A stretch of 64,000 nucleotides of DNA from Chrysemys picta bellii. Its lineage: Eukaryota. The stretch covers positions 13,454,001-13,518,000 of the forward strand of contig NC_088808.1 in assembly GCF_011386835.1 (NCBI RefSeq), written 5' to 3'. Position 1 is the stretch's first letter, and every line of letters starts with the position of its first letter. This document shows positions 39,793 to 51,790 of the stretch, piece after piece. Both the position numbers and the translations under genes were made by a program. The notes beneath the pieces were generated by a model, which did not search any database, was not told the origin of the DNA, and worked only from the letters and a program-made list of their open reading frames with translations.

Positions 39793-39872
39793 GACCAGAC
39801 AGTGTGAGGGAGAATACAACTGAAGATGCCTCCAGGGAGAGAAGCTTCTCTGAGGAACTGAAAGCTCCAGAG
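39793..39872 (+). CDS. CIZ1: CIZ1 coding exon 7
   Basis: (G)PDSVRENTTEDASRERSFSEELKAPE. TTTTTAG| acceptor, GAG|GTAAGT donor, phases 1/0. Confidence 0.8.
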
Positions 39873-41087
39873 GTAAGTAGGCAGGTCCTTCGCATAAAGA
39901 GACAATGTGCTCAGAATGTCTCCCTGCCCCAAAGAGTCAATTTTACCCAGATCTCCATTGTGATTGGAAACCAAGTGGCACCTGGCTCCGGGGCTGATGT
40001 CAGTGGCCCGGGTGTGGCATTGTGCTGTTGTAGGAAGCTGCTGTGCAGGGTCTGCCTCTGATTAAATTACAGCAGATTGTGGCAATGTTTTAATTGTTGT
40101 AAATCTGCACCCCTGTTAAAAGCTTCACACGCTGCATGCTGCTCATTGGAGTTATGACTAATGTAAAGATTTTCATACTGATCTGGAAGGATGGCAGGCT
40201 CTTGTGTGTGGGTTTTTTCTTTTTTTTTCTTCTATTCTGTTTAAAATTTACATTAAAGGATTAATTAATGGCTCTTAAATGTCTGAGTTTTCCAAGAGGA
40301 GCTTCTCGCAGCCCAGTCTGGGAAGGGGAACAGCCATCCCCATCAGGCAGGTCTGTTTTGGAGGCTGTAGAATCACTGAGGATAAACCTGAAAGTTTAGA
40401 AGTCGGTAGAGAGATTGTGAGGGATGCGGTTAAAGCAGATGGAGAGCATGCCTTTCTTTCCCTGCCATTCCTGGGAAGTGAGCTGAACGCTGGCAGCTAC
40501 CTTATGGTTTGAAATTACAGCAGGAGGGAGAGGCTAGCTGGGTCTTGGCACTCCAGAAAGTAGACTGGCGAGAAGCAGGCCAAGGTATAACACTACTGGA
40601 GCCAGCAGGGAAATGCACCAGTGGACTGGGAGCCTGTGCTAATAGTTGTTGTATGATTAAAGTAACACCTAAAGGCCTGTCTATATTCCAGGCCAGATCC
40701 AATGTGTCTTACTCTACCAGTGCATAGCTGTCTGCCATGGTTAGTGACATCTCTGTTCCAATGTGGGGGTGTCTCTTTATATGTGGATAGGACAATACGC
40801 TTACAGAACTGTGTTAAGGAATTACGTTACAGCCTAAATCATTATGTGGAGTGCTGAACAGCCTGTAGTTCTGTGGAGGGGAAGCACAAGCTGCGGGAGT
40901 CCCCCAGCTGGCACTGGGGAGCACTGCAGTCACCAAATAACTGGATCAGCCTGTAATGTCTCCAGGGTCCACTAAGAACTGTGAGATAGAAATATACATT
41001 AGCCTGGGAGTGACTCTCTGTGTTGGAAGATCCAGCAACTAATTTCATTAATAATGAAAGTGATTGTGGACCAAGCACAGTGATGAT

Positions 41088-41090
<3 letters not shown>

Positions 41091-41129
<39 letters not shown>
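41091..41129. repeat. (TG)n microsatellite
   Basis: About 19-20 perfect units. Confidence 0.95.
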
Positions 41130-41131
<2 letters not shown>

Positions 41132-41134
41132 ATA

Positions 41135-41739
41135 AGTAGGGCCCTACCAAATTCATGGCCATGAAAAATGCGTCATGGACCAAGAAATCTGGCCTTTTGT
41201 GTGCTTTTACCCTATACTATACAGATTTCATGGGGGAGACCAGTGTTTTTCAAACTGGGGGTCCTGACTCAAAAGGGAATTACGGGGGGGGGGGGTCACA
41301 AGGTTATTTTAGGGGGGGGTTGCGATATTATCACCCTTACTTCTGCGCTGCCTTCAGAGCTGGGCGGCTGGAGAGCAGCGGCTGTTGGCCGAGCACCCAG
41401 CCCAGAAGGCAGCATCATTGCCAGCAGCAGCACAGAAGTAAGGGTGGCAATACCGTACCATGTCCCCCTTACTTCTGCACTGCTGCTGGCGGCAGCTCTG
41501 CCTTTAGAGCTGGGCTCCCAGTCAGCAACCGCCGCTCTCCAGCTGCCCAACTCTGAAGACAGTACTGCCACCAGCAGCAGCACAGAAGTAAGAGTAGCAG
41601 TACAACCGCCCCCCATCCCCTCATAACCTTGTGACCTCCCCCAACTCCTTTTTGGGTCAGGACCCCTACAGTTACAATACAGTGAAATTTCAGATTTAAA
41701 TAACTGTGAGTTACAATACAGTGAAATTTCAGATTTAAA
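41135..41739. mobile_element. Truncated hAT-like element
   Basis: Begins AGTAGGGCCCTACCAAATTCATGGCC, carries internal AGCAGCAGCACAGAAGTAAG subrepeats, and has no matching right TIR. Confidence 0.6.
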
Positions 41740-41792
41740 AAAGCCCCTAAAGATCCCGTCTAGATTGGACTCTTGACGTTTCATTCTGGCAG

Positions 41793-41975
41793 GTGCTGAG
41801 TTCGGGAGGCTCGTTGAAAGTGACTATCCAGCAGAGCAGTGAGAGCAGAGCTATCAGCACTACAGCCCTGAAGCCAGGACAGTGGACCTGTGAGCTGGGC
41901 ACAGCTGATACCAGTCCTGAGTCTGTCCTTAAATTCTTCTGTTACATCTGCAAGACCAACTGCTGCAACCAGCAG
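41793..41975 (+). CDS. CIZ1: CIZ1 coding exon 8 (start of zinc finger 1)
   Basis: VLSSGGSLKVTIQQSSESRAIST...VLKFFCYICKTNCCNQQ, matching human AGGSLKVTILQSSDSRAFST...QFFCYICKASCSSQQ. Confidence 0.95.
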
Positions 41976-42323
41976 GTATAAACACTAGAGTCTGGCAGGG
42001 ACTGGGGGCCAAGAGAAGGAATTGCATGGCCAGGGGCTTGTGGTAAAAATGTTGCACCATGAGACATGTTTTCAAGGCATCAGGCACTATGGTGACAAGA
42101 GGCTGAGAAAAGCCTATAAATAAACCACTCCTCCAAAGAGCTTGCAAGCTAACATCCTAAAGCTCCAGCGCTGGGTAATCCACAGATAGCCATGCTCTTA
42201 AGCTTTTAAACTTTCCAAATATTATAGATCAGTAGAGGGAATGGAATTGAACTGACCAGCTGTGTTGGGTTTTTGTTTTTTTTTAATTTTGAGTCCATCT
42301 AAATGGATTGTCTCCTTTGTTAG

Positions 42324-42454
42324 AATTTCCAATCCCACATGGCTGGAATTCAGCACCAGCAGCGACTTGGGGAGATTCAACACATGAGTAATGTCTGCTT
42401 TGTCTCACTGCTGCCCATGGTGAAGGAGCAGACGCTGATGGCTAAGAAAGATGG
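42324..42454 (+). CDS. CIZ1: CIZ1 coding exon 9
   Basis: NFQSHMAGIQHQQRLGEIQHMSNVCFVSLLPMVKEQTLMAKKD(G), matching human EFQDHMSEPQHQQRLGEIQHMSQACLLSLLP. Confidence 0.94.
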
Positions 42455-43340
42455 GTATGTGTCAGTATGTTGAAGGTGGAGGGTAAAGAGGGCTGATCCC
42501 AGCTAGGCCAGTACTTAGATATTGCAGTGCTTGGAACTTTAGATCTAAATACCTTTGATGTGTCCCAACTGGCCTTAAGATATCACCCCAGAAACCGACA
42601 TTGCAAAGCACAAGTCTGTAAAAACAGATTAAAATTCTGGATACAAGTAAAACTGTCCCATCTTCCCCACTTGTTCTCAGAATGTTCAGAAAGGGGGAAG
42701 AAAAACCCCAAAGCAGTAAAAACAGCATTCACTTTCTATGTTTAGTCAGTGTTTTGTGAAAAGAGACCTGATCAGACATGGACAGGGTAGATGTGTCTGT
42801 CTGTCTGGCCTTTAATAGAGTACATGTCACTGCATATATCAGATCTCAGATACTGTCTAATAGAAATGCTCAAGACACTTCAGCTGGGACCTTTTTGCCA
42901 GCAGTCCCTAGTTCTGAACATGGGGAGGCAGGGCTTTGAGTTGAAGGCCCTTGACTTTAGAACTTGCCTCTGCATTGGTCCCACCCAGGATGGGTGTGTC
43001 AATGTTCAGGGTGCAGTTCAAGGCCCATCTGTTCTCTTACGCTTTAACCCCAGCAGGTAGCCCCCTTCAGGGAAAATTATTCATCCGCTTCCTATAGTGT
43101 AGCTATACTGTCTTTGTCACACTGTAGTTTTTAATGCAGTTCATCAGCCTACGGACTGTTGTGATGGGTGCTTTTTTATAGACTGAGTGAAGCCAAACCA
43201 GCTAAAGGTGGGAGAGATAGGAACTGAAACAGTCTATGGAGGGAAAAGCACAGTAGGTGCTGAGACCGCGCAGAACTGCAAAAGCAGTGTTCCCTGGGAA
43301 CACAAGGGAGTCTCTTACTGAGCCATTCTTCTCACCACAG

Positions 43341-43425
43341 AGAGACCCAGCAGCGATGGTGTAACACCTGCCAGATACACTTTACAGGGGATCTAATCAA
43401 ACATCGAAGGACTCAGGAACATAAG
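43341..43425 (+). CDS. CIZ1: CIZ1 coding exon 10 (zinc finger 2)
   Basis: ETQQRWCNTCQIHFTGDLIKHRRTQEHK. CACAG| acceptor, AAG|GTAAC donor. Confidence 0.95.
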
Positions 43426-44098
43426 GTAACAAATTACTTCCCTGATTTACAAAGGGGGTCGAGTGATAAGACATTCACTTATCCTTAGAGGCAGGGGAGT
43501 GAGCTGGAGGGAATACCCTGGGGCATTGCACTGTGGTGATGAGGATATTTCTAGCCAGATCTCTTTATGCATCTTGTTCTCTTGGGCTTCTGCACACTGG
43601 TGCTGGTGGAACTCCTGTGTGTCTTGCTGAGTGAATTGGCACCGACTAGCAGCACGTGTTTTGTTTTCCAATTATTACTACTACAGGCCTTGCTTATTAT
43701 TAAACTCTGTCTATCCAGAGGTATGGTAGCAGCATGGCTCTTTCCTTGATCATTTTCAACTGCATGGGGAAATTTAGGTAGGCAGTCTGTAATTACCCAA
43801 GCTGGAATCTGGTCAGGACACTAGTGTTAACTACCCCATCTCGTATGACAAGTGCCATGAGATCTTTCAAGACCATGAGCAACCAGAGCCTTTCTGCATT
43901 GCTCTCCCCACACATTTGCCACCTCTTGGGCATGTGGACGCATGTATGCCAAGACACCCCCTCTCCTGCTGTAAGAAGGTGGCCTGAGTGTTCTAGATTC
44001 ACAGTCATGATTTTGAGAAAGAAGTTTAAATTCAGCTTAATTGAAACAAAGTAGTTCCTGTCTTAACCAATCAGATCTTCTCATCCCTCTTTGCTCAG

Positions 44099-44212
44099 CT
44101 GGCCAAACGCTCTCTCCGTCCTTTTTGCACTGTCTGCAGCCGCCACTTCAAGACCCCTCGCAAGTTTGTAGAGCACATGAAGTCCCCTGAGCATAAGCAG
44201 AAGGCCAAGGAG
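44099..44212 (+). CDS. CIZ1: CIZ1 coding exon 11 (zinc finger 3)
   Basis: LAKRSLRPFCTVCSRHFKTPRKFVEHMKSPEHKQKAKE. CTCAG| acceptor, GAG|GTAAT donor. Confidence 0.95.
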
Positions 44213-44589
44213 GTAATGTGAACTGGATTGGGGGGAAGCACTGCTGTGTTACAGAAGTGGCTATGCTTGGTATGTGTGGGAGGAATATGCATATGTCCTA
44301 CTTGTCTCAAACCAGTGAAGAGATGCATCATTTTTCCTATCGAGTGGTTCCTCTCCTCCCTGACTGCATTACAATACTACTCGAAGGAGCAGACTGATAA
44401 TTGAGCACTGTATGTGTGACTGAGAGCATGATAGCCTTCTTGCTTTCTAGCAGTGCCATCTGCTCATCCCAGAATGCGGCAGTCCCAGACTCCACCGGGA
44501 GTCCTATCCAGTCAACAAGAGGGACATTATGTGAATGCCTGAAGTTAGCAATCTAGTCTGGTCTGATCTTTCCCCTCTGTGTCTGGCAG

Positions 44590-44766
44590 GTGAGGCTGGG
44601 CGAGAAGGAGCTAGGTGGGCCAGAAGACTCAGAGGAGCTAATCACAGTTGATGCCGTTGGCTGTTTTGAAGACGACGAGGAGGAGGAGGAGGAGGAGGAA
44701 GGAATTGGTGAAGAGGAAGGTTCTGAGGTGGGGCAGACAGAGAACGAAGATCCTGTCACCAAGCAG
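44590..44766 (+). CDS. CIZ1: CIZ1 coding exon 12 (acidic domain)
   Basis: VRLGEKELGGPEDSEELITVDAVGCFEDDEEEEEEEEGIGEEEGSEVGQTENEDPVTKQ, containing the conserved ITVDAVGCFE motif. Confidence 0.95.
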
Positions 44767-45561
44767 GTACACAGTGATAACAGAAATGGAAGGCTGTATT
44801 ATGTGAACATCTGTGTTGGATCCTAATGGCTGTCCGTCAGGACCAGTTGAGCTCAGGGCATTCTGCAGGCTTATCTACTCCATTCCCAGACCACGGGGCA
44901 ACTATCTAAGATACTTTGAGATTTGATTTTGCTTTTTGGCAAAGAGTGGGAGGATCTTTGATTTCCGTAAGTGATACAAGGGAGCCCTTGTGTGTGCAAG
45001 AAGCTATCCTGGCTACCCTGACAAGGGAGGCAAAACAGTTTAGACTTCACTGTCAACCATTCTGCTGTAGCTGACCCATTAGCAGCTTTGCTCCTGTTCC
45101 TAACTGGACCCCACAAATGGATACATCTTGGCAAGTGTTCTCCAGATGAAATAGCTCTCTGCTTCGAGAACAACTAACAGTGGGAAGGACACAGTTGAGG
45201 TAGCTCAGGCCTTAAATAATAGGTGGTGGTTTTTAACCCTGCTAATGAAATTTTCTCCTGATAGTTTGGTCTTTGTATCTGGATTTAATCTGTCCCATAC
45301 ACTATGCTGTTAATGTAACCTGTGCAGCATGGATTGAATACCGAATGGTAACACAATTAAGGGGTGTATTTTACAGGAGGAAGGGGATAATAGGAAACAA
45401 AAGCCCCTTCCTGCCATGTTGGACCTCAGCTTTGCCCCCAGGCTCGTTGGAAAGGGTTAAAGGCCCATGAGGGGAGCTGAGCAATGGATGCTGCCCCAGT
45501 AGACAGTCCTTCCAGGCTGGGGCCTTCATGCACTGACATGGTCTCTTGATATCTCGTTCAG

Positions 45562-45631
45562 GTTGGGCTGAAGGAAAAGTCTCCGGAGGACTGTGAAGGA
45601 AATGAGACATACTGTCCAGATACCCCCTATG
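45562..45631 (+). CDS. CIZ1: CIZ1 coding exon 13
   Basis: VGLKEKSPEDCEGNETYCPDTPY(G), similar to human WKGSETYSPNTAYG. TTCAG| acceptor, G|GTAAG donor. Confidence 0.9.
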
Positions 45632-46776
45632 GTAAGCAAACCCAGACAAGCAGTGTGCCCAAGAGTGCCTTCTGGAGCCAGGGGCTGCCATTGTATGGGG
45701 GGTGTGCCTCAGCACAAGAGCGTGGTGCCAGCAGTAAGCAGAACTCTCTCCAGCGTCCATGTCAAACCAGTGAAGGTTAGCGGATTCTGGAGAAGGGATG
45801 AAGTTTGATCTGTTGAGTTGTAAGCGTAAGGCATGTGCTGTTCGTCAAAGCTGTAAATGGGTTTGGCAGGTGCCTCTTGCCCTTCAAGAGGTGGGGCTGA
45901 GAACCCTTGATCTCATCCAGGAGGACCGAACAGCTGTGGAATGGGGAAGGAGCCAGTGCAAAAGGGTGACGCGCTGAACAAGCCATGTAGAAAGCAGAGT
46001 TACTAGATCAGGGATGCCCCAAAGAGGAGCTCAAGTGCCCCGTTCAGAACACTCCCTGGAACTGAAGCCTCAGTAGAGATGCTTCTGTCCTGCATTGAAG
46101 AGCCAGGTCAGCACACCGTGACGTCACAGAGGAGATTGAACAGCATGCCTTTCTTCTGTATTCTTTGGAACTAACGCTTTAGACTAGTATCTGATCAGAA
46201 CCGACAAGCCGCTGAACTCGGGTGCAGCGCTGCCTCCAGAACATTCTTTTGTGCTCTTTCTAGCCACCACTCTAATCTCTGTAAGCCGCTCAGATTTTGG
46301 TTTCTAAAACCTTTCCCAGACAGTAACGCATTGTGGGGAGGGCTTGGTGTATGAACCAGCAGAAGTTGCTCTGTGCACAGGGAGAGCTCTGTTTACTCCA
46401 ATTTTCCACATTGCTGTAACCTTCCACGATCATGTGGCAGACGGAATAATGATTAATGCTGTGAATGTTCTCTCCATGTTTCTCTCATGTGCCTGCTGTC
46501 TTCTGCTTGGATTGAGCCCATTACTGCTGGTCATATGGTCTCTGTAGTTTTCCATTGTATTTTTTTATGCTGTGTAGTTTCTTTTCTTTGGCAACCCGAT
46601 CTCTCTGAATATCAGCCCACAGCTGTACTGTGCTAAAATGAGATATTCAGCAAGTGATCTTGAAAACCCACAATTAACAGAAGCAAAACTCTTTTTAATT
46701 TCCCCTTTAACGTTCTTATTGTTTTGGAGTTCCGTTCAATGTGATCTGTGATTTCCATTCCCCTCCCATTTTGCAG

Positions 46777-46898
46777 GCCTGGATTTTCTGGTCCCCGTCG
46801 CAGGTTACCTCTGCAGGCTGTGTCACAAATTCTACCATAGTGACTCCGCTGCCCGGGTCACACACTGCAAGTCCCTGATGCATTTTGAGAACTTTCAG
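46777..46898 (+). CDS. CIZ1: CIZ1 coding exon 14 (matrin-type MH3 zinc finger)
   Basis: GLDFLVPVAGYLCRLCHKFYHSDSAARVTHCKSLMHFENFQ, matching human GVDFLVPVMGYICRICHKFYHSNSGAQLSHCKSLGHFENLQ. Confidence 0.96.
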
Positions 46899-49800
46899 GT
46901 TAGACCCCTTTGGCAATTGCATGGCCTGGCATTTGTCACTCTGTGTGTGTCTTCTCTATTCCCTCTGCACCTCCTCTCTTTGAGCTGTCTGTCTTCAGCA
47001 CCTTCCCATTGTCCTCAGTGTCCATCACGATGTCCGTCATGCCACAGCTTTCATCTGGTATGCTCTCTGCTTGTCTTCAGCTCCCCTTGTAGATCAGACA
47101 CCGTTCTGCTCCTGCTTCCTAACTACTGCTAATGTCTGCCATTGCCCACTCTCAGCTGGAAATCCTCCATCTCCCCAGCAAATGTTGGATCTGGTCACTG
47201 AACCCCTGAAATGGAATCCCTGATTCAGCCTGGGACTTTCCTGGTCGCTTAGTGAGTACAAATGGGTGAAGCTAGTGGGAGACTAGACAAGAGGCTGCTC
47301 CTTTTAAAGAGAGCAGGAAATGATACGCATCTGTCTAGGTGAAGCTTTAGTTTCCGTAATGCTGGAAATAGGCCCTGACACTCAAATTACATATAGGTAA
47401 CATCTATACAGGGGACAGGTAGTTGGAAACTCATCTTTAAAATGGTAGAAATGAAATTCCAGGCCAGTTTTAGAAGATGGAGAACTCCAATCTGTAAGCT
47501 GCTGAGAGTTTGGTCGAGCAGCAGGGACTAGGCAGCAGCAGGGAGTTTTTGGTAGCTTGTCTGGAGGCTCTTCCCTGGCACAGAGTTCAGCCAGTTAATG
47601 CTGTTCCTCTGCTGTATCTAGTCCACACAAAGAAGATGCAAGAATGGCCCTTGCTTTCAGCTGTAAACTCATCCACTGCCTGGACCTGAGTTTGCCACCT
47701 CCTCTCTGGGCTTGAATATCAGGAAGGGCAGTAATCCGATTTTGTGACCTGTGCCCATCAAGCTGCTCTTGAGGCACTGTAGTGCTTTTCCTTCCCCCTT
47801 CAGTAACCATTGCCTGAGTCTTATGTATGGAAGTGGCATTCCCTGACTCCTGGGATAAGGGGTAATTCCAATGTGCATTTCCTCTGCTGGTTCGGGCCAA
47901 GGCCTGCTTCAGCAAAAATATCCCATTTCTCCTCCTGTGTATTCATAGTTTCTTCATGGTGTGTCCCATGAAGCTTTTCTGCTAGTTTTCAGACAGGTTA
48001 ACCTTTCACTAGCCTGGCAAAGGAGTTAACAGTCCCCTTTCTATTCGTTGCCTTTACCAAGCGCTGGGGGAAACAAGTGTCCCACGTGTGCTGGCAGTTC
48101 TTAAAATCTTTGCAGCAGGTGAAGCTGCAGCTGTTCCTCTGGGTCACCCATTCCCTGTACAGATCACTTCCGGAATGAAAGAACCAGTCCCGCTTGTCCA
48201 GGTTTTGCTTCAGTAAGTTATTCAGATCGATGTAGTTACATTCCCTCTTCCCGCTTGTTAAAAATGAGTTAGCATAGCAGCAGTGAGCGTTAGAACCCGG
48301 GGAGATGCTCCTGTTTCCACCCATTGGGGTACCAGGAAGGAAGTGTTGCCTAGTAGTTAGGGGACTAAGAGTCAGATTTCCTCTATTCTGGCAGTGAGTT
48401 GCTGTGTTACTTTAGGGAGGTCACTTAGCTTCTCCATTCCTATCTATAAAATAGTGAGAATGGCCTCAAGGGCTACCATGAGGGTTAATTCATTGATATT
48501 TTATGAAGTGGTTGGAAGTAGCTGACTCCAGGTGTATGTGGGTGTGACTTGGAGTTGGCCTTCTACAAATATTTAAGGCTAGTCTCCATTTATAACTAGC
48601 CACTGCCCTTTTGAGTCTTGTGATCTCAGCTGGAAGCAGTTACTCCCTGGACTGTACATATTGCTGGTTAGAGGTCTAAGGACTGTCCTGGTCTTTGCAT
48701 TAAATGCCTTCTAGTTTCTTTCAAGTGGGGTGAACAGCACTTCTGGACAGAATTCCACACTGGAAGCTTCTTAGCAGCAAACTGCTTGCATCTGAGGCAC
48801 CAATCTGGAAACCGCTACCTTGCACTTGGTCAACAAGAGTTGTCCCAGTTTAAGATGGGACTTTTAAACTGATTTAGTTACAGCAGTATGTAATGCTTTG
48901 TGGACACTTAGCTGGTTTAAACTGCTGTATTCGGGTTTAGCTTAAATCAATTTGGAATAGACAAAGTAGTGCAAACCTCTCTGTGGACCCTTTAACTTAA
49001 TCAATTAAAAATTAAACTCAGGTTGCTTTGTGGGGTAGACAAAAGCACCATCAGGCTGGCAGCAGCGGGGTGCTGATCATGTATTCAGTTCGCTTTGAGT
49101 GCATGAGATATTTCTGGCTGTTCAGTGCAACTAAACATTTTTCACTTAAGTGTCTGTCTACCCAGTGGAGACAACTTGGCCTTTTACCTGTTTCTCCCCA
49201 TACAGAATGGGCTCTCTTCCTCAGGCACCAGGAGCGTGAGCAGGCACAAACTCTTGGACCAGCTAACTTAAAAGATTAGGACTTTCTGAGCTACCAAAAG
49301 CAGGGAGCTGCATAGAGCTCTATTTGAAGAGTGATAAGAGTTGTACTTACTCTCTAGGAGCCAGGAAAAATCACAGGGAGGACTTACCTTTTGTCCTCAG
49401 TACCAAATGGCTAATAATCCAGCCCCTTCAGTGGCCAAGTACCATAGTGCAGCTCAGATAGCGTGCGGATACAGTAAAAGAACCTGAATAGAATAGTCCA
49501 GTTAAACAGTTGGGTTCAGTACAAGCCCCTTGTTCCAGGGCTTAAATTTAGCCTCACCAATCACTTTCATATTTCTGTGGAAGAGGAGCCCCATGTTGTT
49601 TACTTGGTGCCACAGTCTTTCTAGAAGTCTGGATCACCACCTCTAAGTAAAGGCCTCCAGACTGATTAACACGCTGGAGAAAATCCCTTTGTGGCTTAGG
49701 ATCCCATGGTTATACTTCTGTAGGTTGGCCCTACATGGCTCTTGTGTACTATTTTTCTGAAGTTGCAGTGTCAGTTTTAACCTCCTTGCTGATCTCTCCC

Positions 49801-50593
49801 TGGAGGTCTCCGTTTAGGAACCCATCAAATAAGTCATCTTGCTGACATAGGGCCTATATTTACTATCTAGTGAATGTCAGAGCACTCTTGCAAGTGGGGA
49901 CACTTACTGGTTAAAATCCTCTCCTAGAAACATCCCCTTAAATGTGATTTTACTGAAGACTTCACCCCCCCCCACACACACACACACACCTTGGAGCTCT
50001 TGCAAAAGAAGCAGAAAGTGAATGAGCAGACAGTCTGATTGCATTGCTTAGATGAGCAAAGTGCAAAAGGAAACATTGTCATTTCATTGTTTAGCTGCAG
50101 CAAAATTTGTGTTAATCTGGTTAAGGAGTGCAAACAACCAATAGTCTTGTGTATCTGGAGGGTGAGACTACCTGCCTCCTGCCCGCCCCCAAAACTAATT
50201 CAGTCAGTAGTTGAGATGAGTTTTGATTTCACTTACTCAACTGGGCTATTGATCTATCATCTCCGATCAAGATTAACAGCTATCCAAGTCTGGTTCTAGC
50301 TCTGTATTCCCAGCCTCATTCTACCTAATCCCTCCGCATTAGCAAATGCAAGAGGGAATAAAACCTTAATACCATCACTTTTTGCCAGGAGCAGACCTGT
50401 ACCTGCTTGAACTCCTTCCCTCAGCAGCCCACCCAAGAGAGCCGTAGACTTGTGCTTTGTTTGGAGATTAAGCCAGCCATTGCAGTCTGTCACTCGCTAC
50501 TGTCTTTGTGCAGGTTTCTCCTGGACCAGCTGAAACTGTCCTGTCATGTCTCAGGCCAGCAGTTATTGCTCTCACATTTTTTCCTTTGCACAG

Positions 50594-51175
50594 AGATACA
50601 AGGCAGCAAGGCACCGAGCTACAGCAGCACACTCGGAGGCCTCTTTGTGCTCCCGTGGCTCTGGCTTCCAGTCATCAGATGAGCAGCTGCAGCCACCTGC
50701 TAAGACAGAGGATGAAGCTGAGACAATGAATACCCATCATGGCATGGGAGAGGAAGATCCAGAATTATTGGCATTAAAAGAACAAACCTCTAGATCTCTA
50801 GAGAATAAGAGTGAGCTGGGCCCTTCTGCGAGAAGGGGTGAAAGCCCAACCAGTGAGACTGATATATGTGGAGCCCTGGTCATAGAGGAGGAAGGAAGTC
50901 AGGATGAGGGTAGCAAGTCCCCCACCACTAGTGAAGACTGCCTGCTCCTAGATGAAGACAGTGCCACAGGGGAGTTGCTGGGACACAGTATGTGTAAGGA
51001 AGAGGAAAGTGATGGCACAGACAAACCCCAGTACCCAATGAGCGAAGGGGATTCTGAACAGGAGGCAGCAAGCATCAGAGAGAAAGAGGCAGACACCTGC
51101 TCTCCAGCCAAAGGAGAAGCAGCAAATCTAACCCCAGCAGGGCGTAGACGCTCTGCCAGACGCAAACCCAGATAG
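50594..51175 (+). CDS. CIZ1: CIZ1 last coding exon (193 aa plus stop)
   Basis: Acceptor TTTGCACAG|; begins RYKAARHR (human KYKAAK) and ends RRRSARRKPR*. Corresponds to ORF 50546..51175 of the track. Spliced total 2190 nt = 729 aa. Confidence 0.9.
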   Translation, partial: RYKAARHRATAAHSEASLCSRGSGFQSSDEQLQPPAKTEDEAETMNTHHGMGEEDPELLALKEQTSRSLENKSELGPSARRGESPTSETDICGALVIEEEGSQDEGSKSPTTSEDCLLLDEDSATGELLGHSMCKEEESDGTDKPQYPMSEGDSEQEAASIREKEADTCSPAKGEAANLTPAGRRRSARRKPR

Positions 51176-51287
51176 AACAGCTTTAAAGGGAGAGCCCTTT
51201 GCATACAATATTTGCTGGAAATGTTTATTTTCGGAGTCTTTTAATAGAGCAAAAAACCTTCCACTTTACTGCTGTTTTTATTTTAAA

Positions 51288-51293
51288 AATAAA
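51288..51293 (+). terminator. CIZ1 polyadenylation signal AATAAA
   Basis: First AATAAA 113 nt after the stop codon, followed by GT-rich sequence. Confidence 0.6.
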
Positions 51294-51784
51294 AAAGCCT
51301 GGCTTTAGCGTGTCTAAGGGGATGGCAGTGGGTGTTATTTATACGGCTGGGATGTGATAGAGATCCATGGGCTAGCCAAAGCACCGTACTGTTAAACCTG
51401 AAAGGGTTGCTGAAGTTGACCTTCCTAAAGCTTAGGCTCACTGCTTGAACTGGCAAAGCCTGCTGCAAGACTCTACTCACTAAGACTTCTCGCTGTACTA
51501 GCCCTCTACTTCCTGCTGTGCTAAGGTGGTTCCCCTTTCACAGGTCATAAGCCTGATGAGAGCAGAATTTTACTGCTGGCAGATGAGTCAGCCCCATGCA
51601 AACACCATTTATGCCCTTTCACAGAATGTTTTCCCATGGAATCAAGCCAGTGCACTAGGCAACAGGGTCACTCAGGACCCAGTTTTAGACTAGAACATGA
51701 AAGAAGCTCCGTCATTTGATCTCTCAGCACTTAAAGCAAGGCTGCCTCTGAAATGCTTCTAGGAGGACATTCAGTTTAAGCTGG

Positions 51785-51790
51785 TTTATT
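51785..51790 (-). terminator. Probable BBLN polyadenylation signal
   Basis: TTTATT on the + strand equals AATAAA on the - strand, about 1 kb past the BBLN stop. Confidence 0.5.

Noticed and set aside
41155-41784. ORFs of 133-162 aa
   Set aside because: Interior of a truncated hAT-like element.
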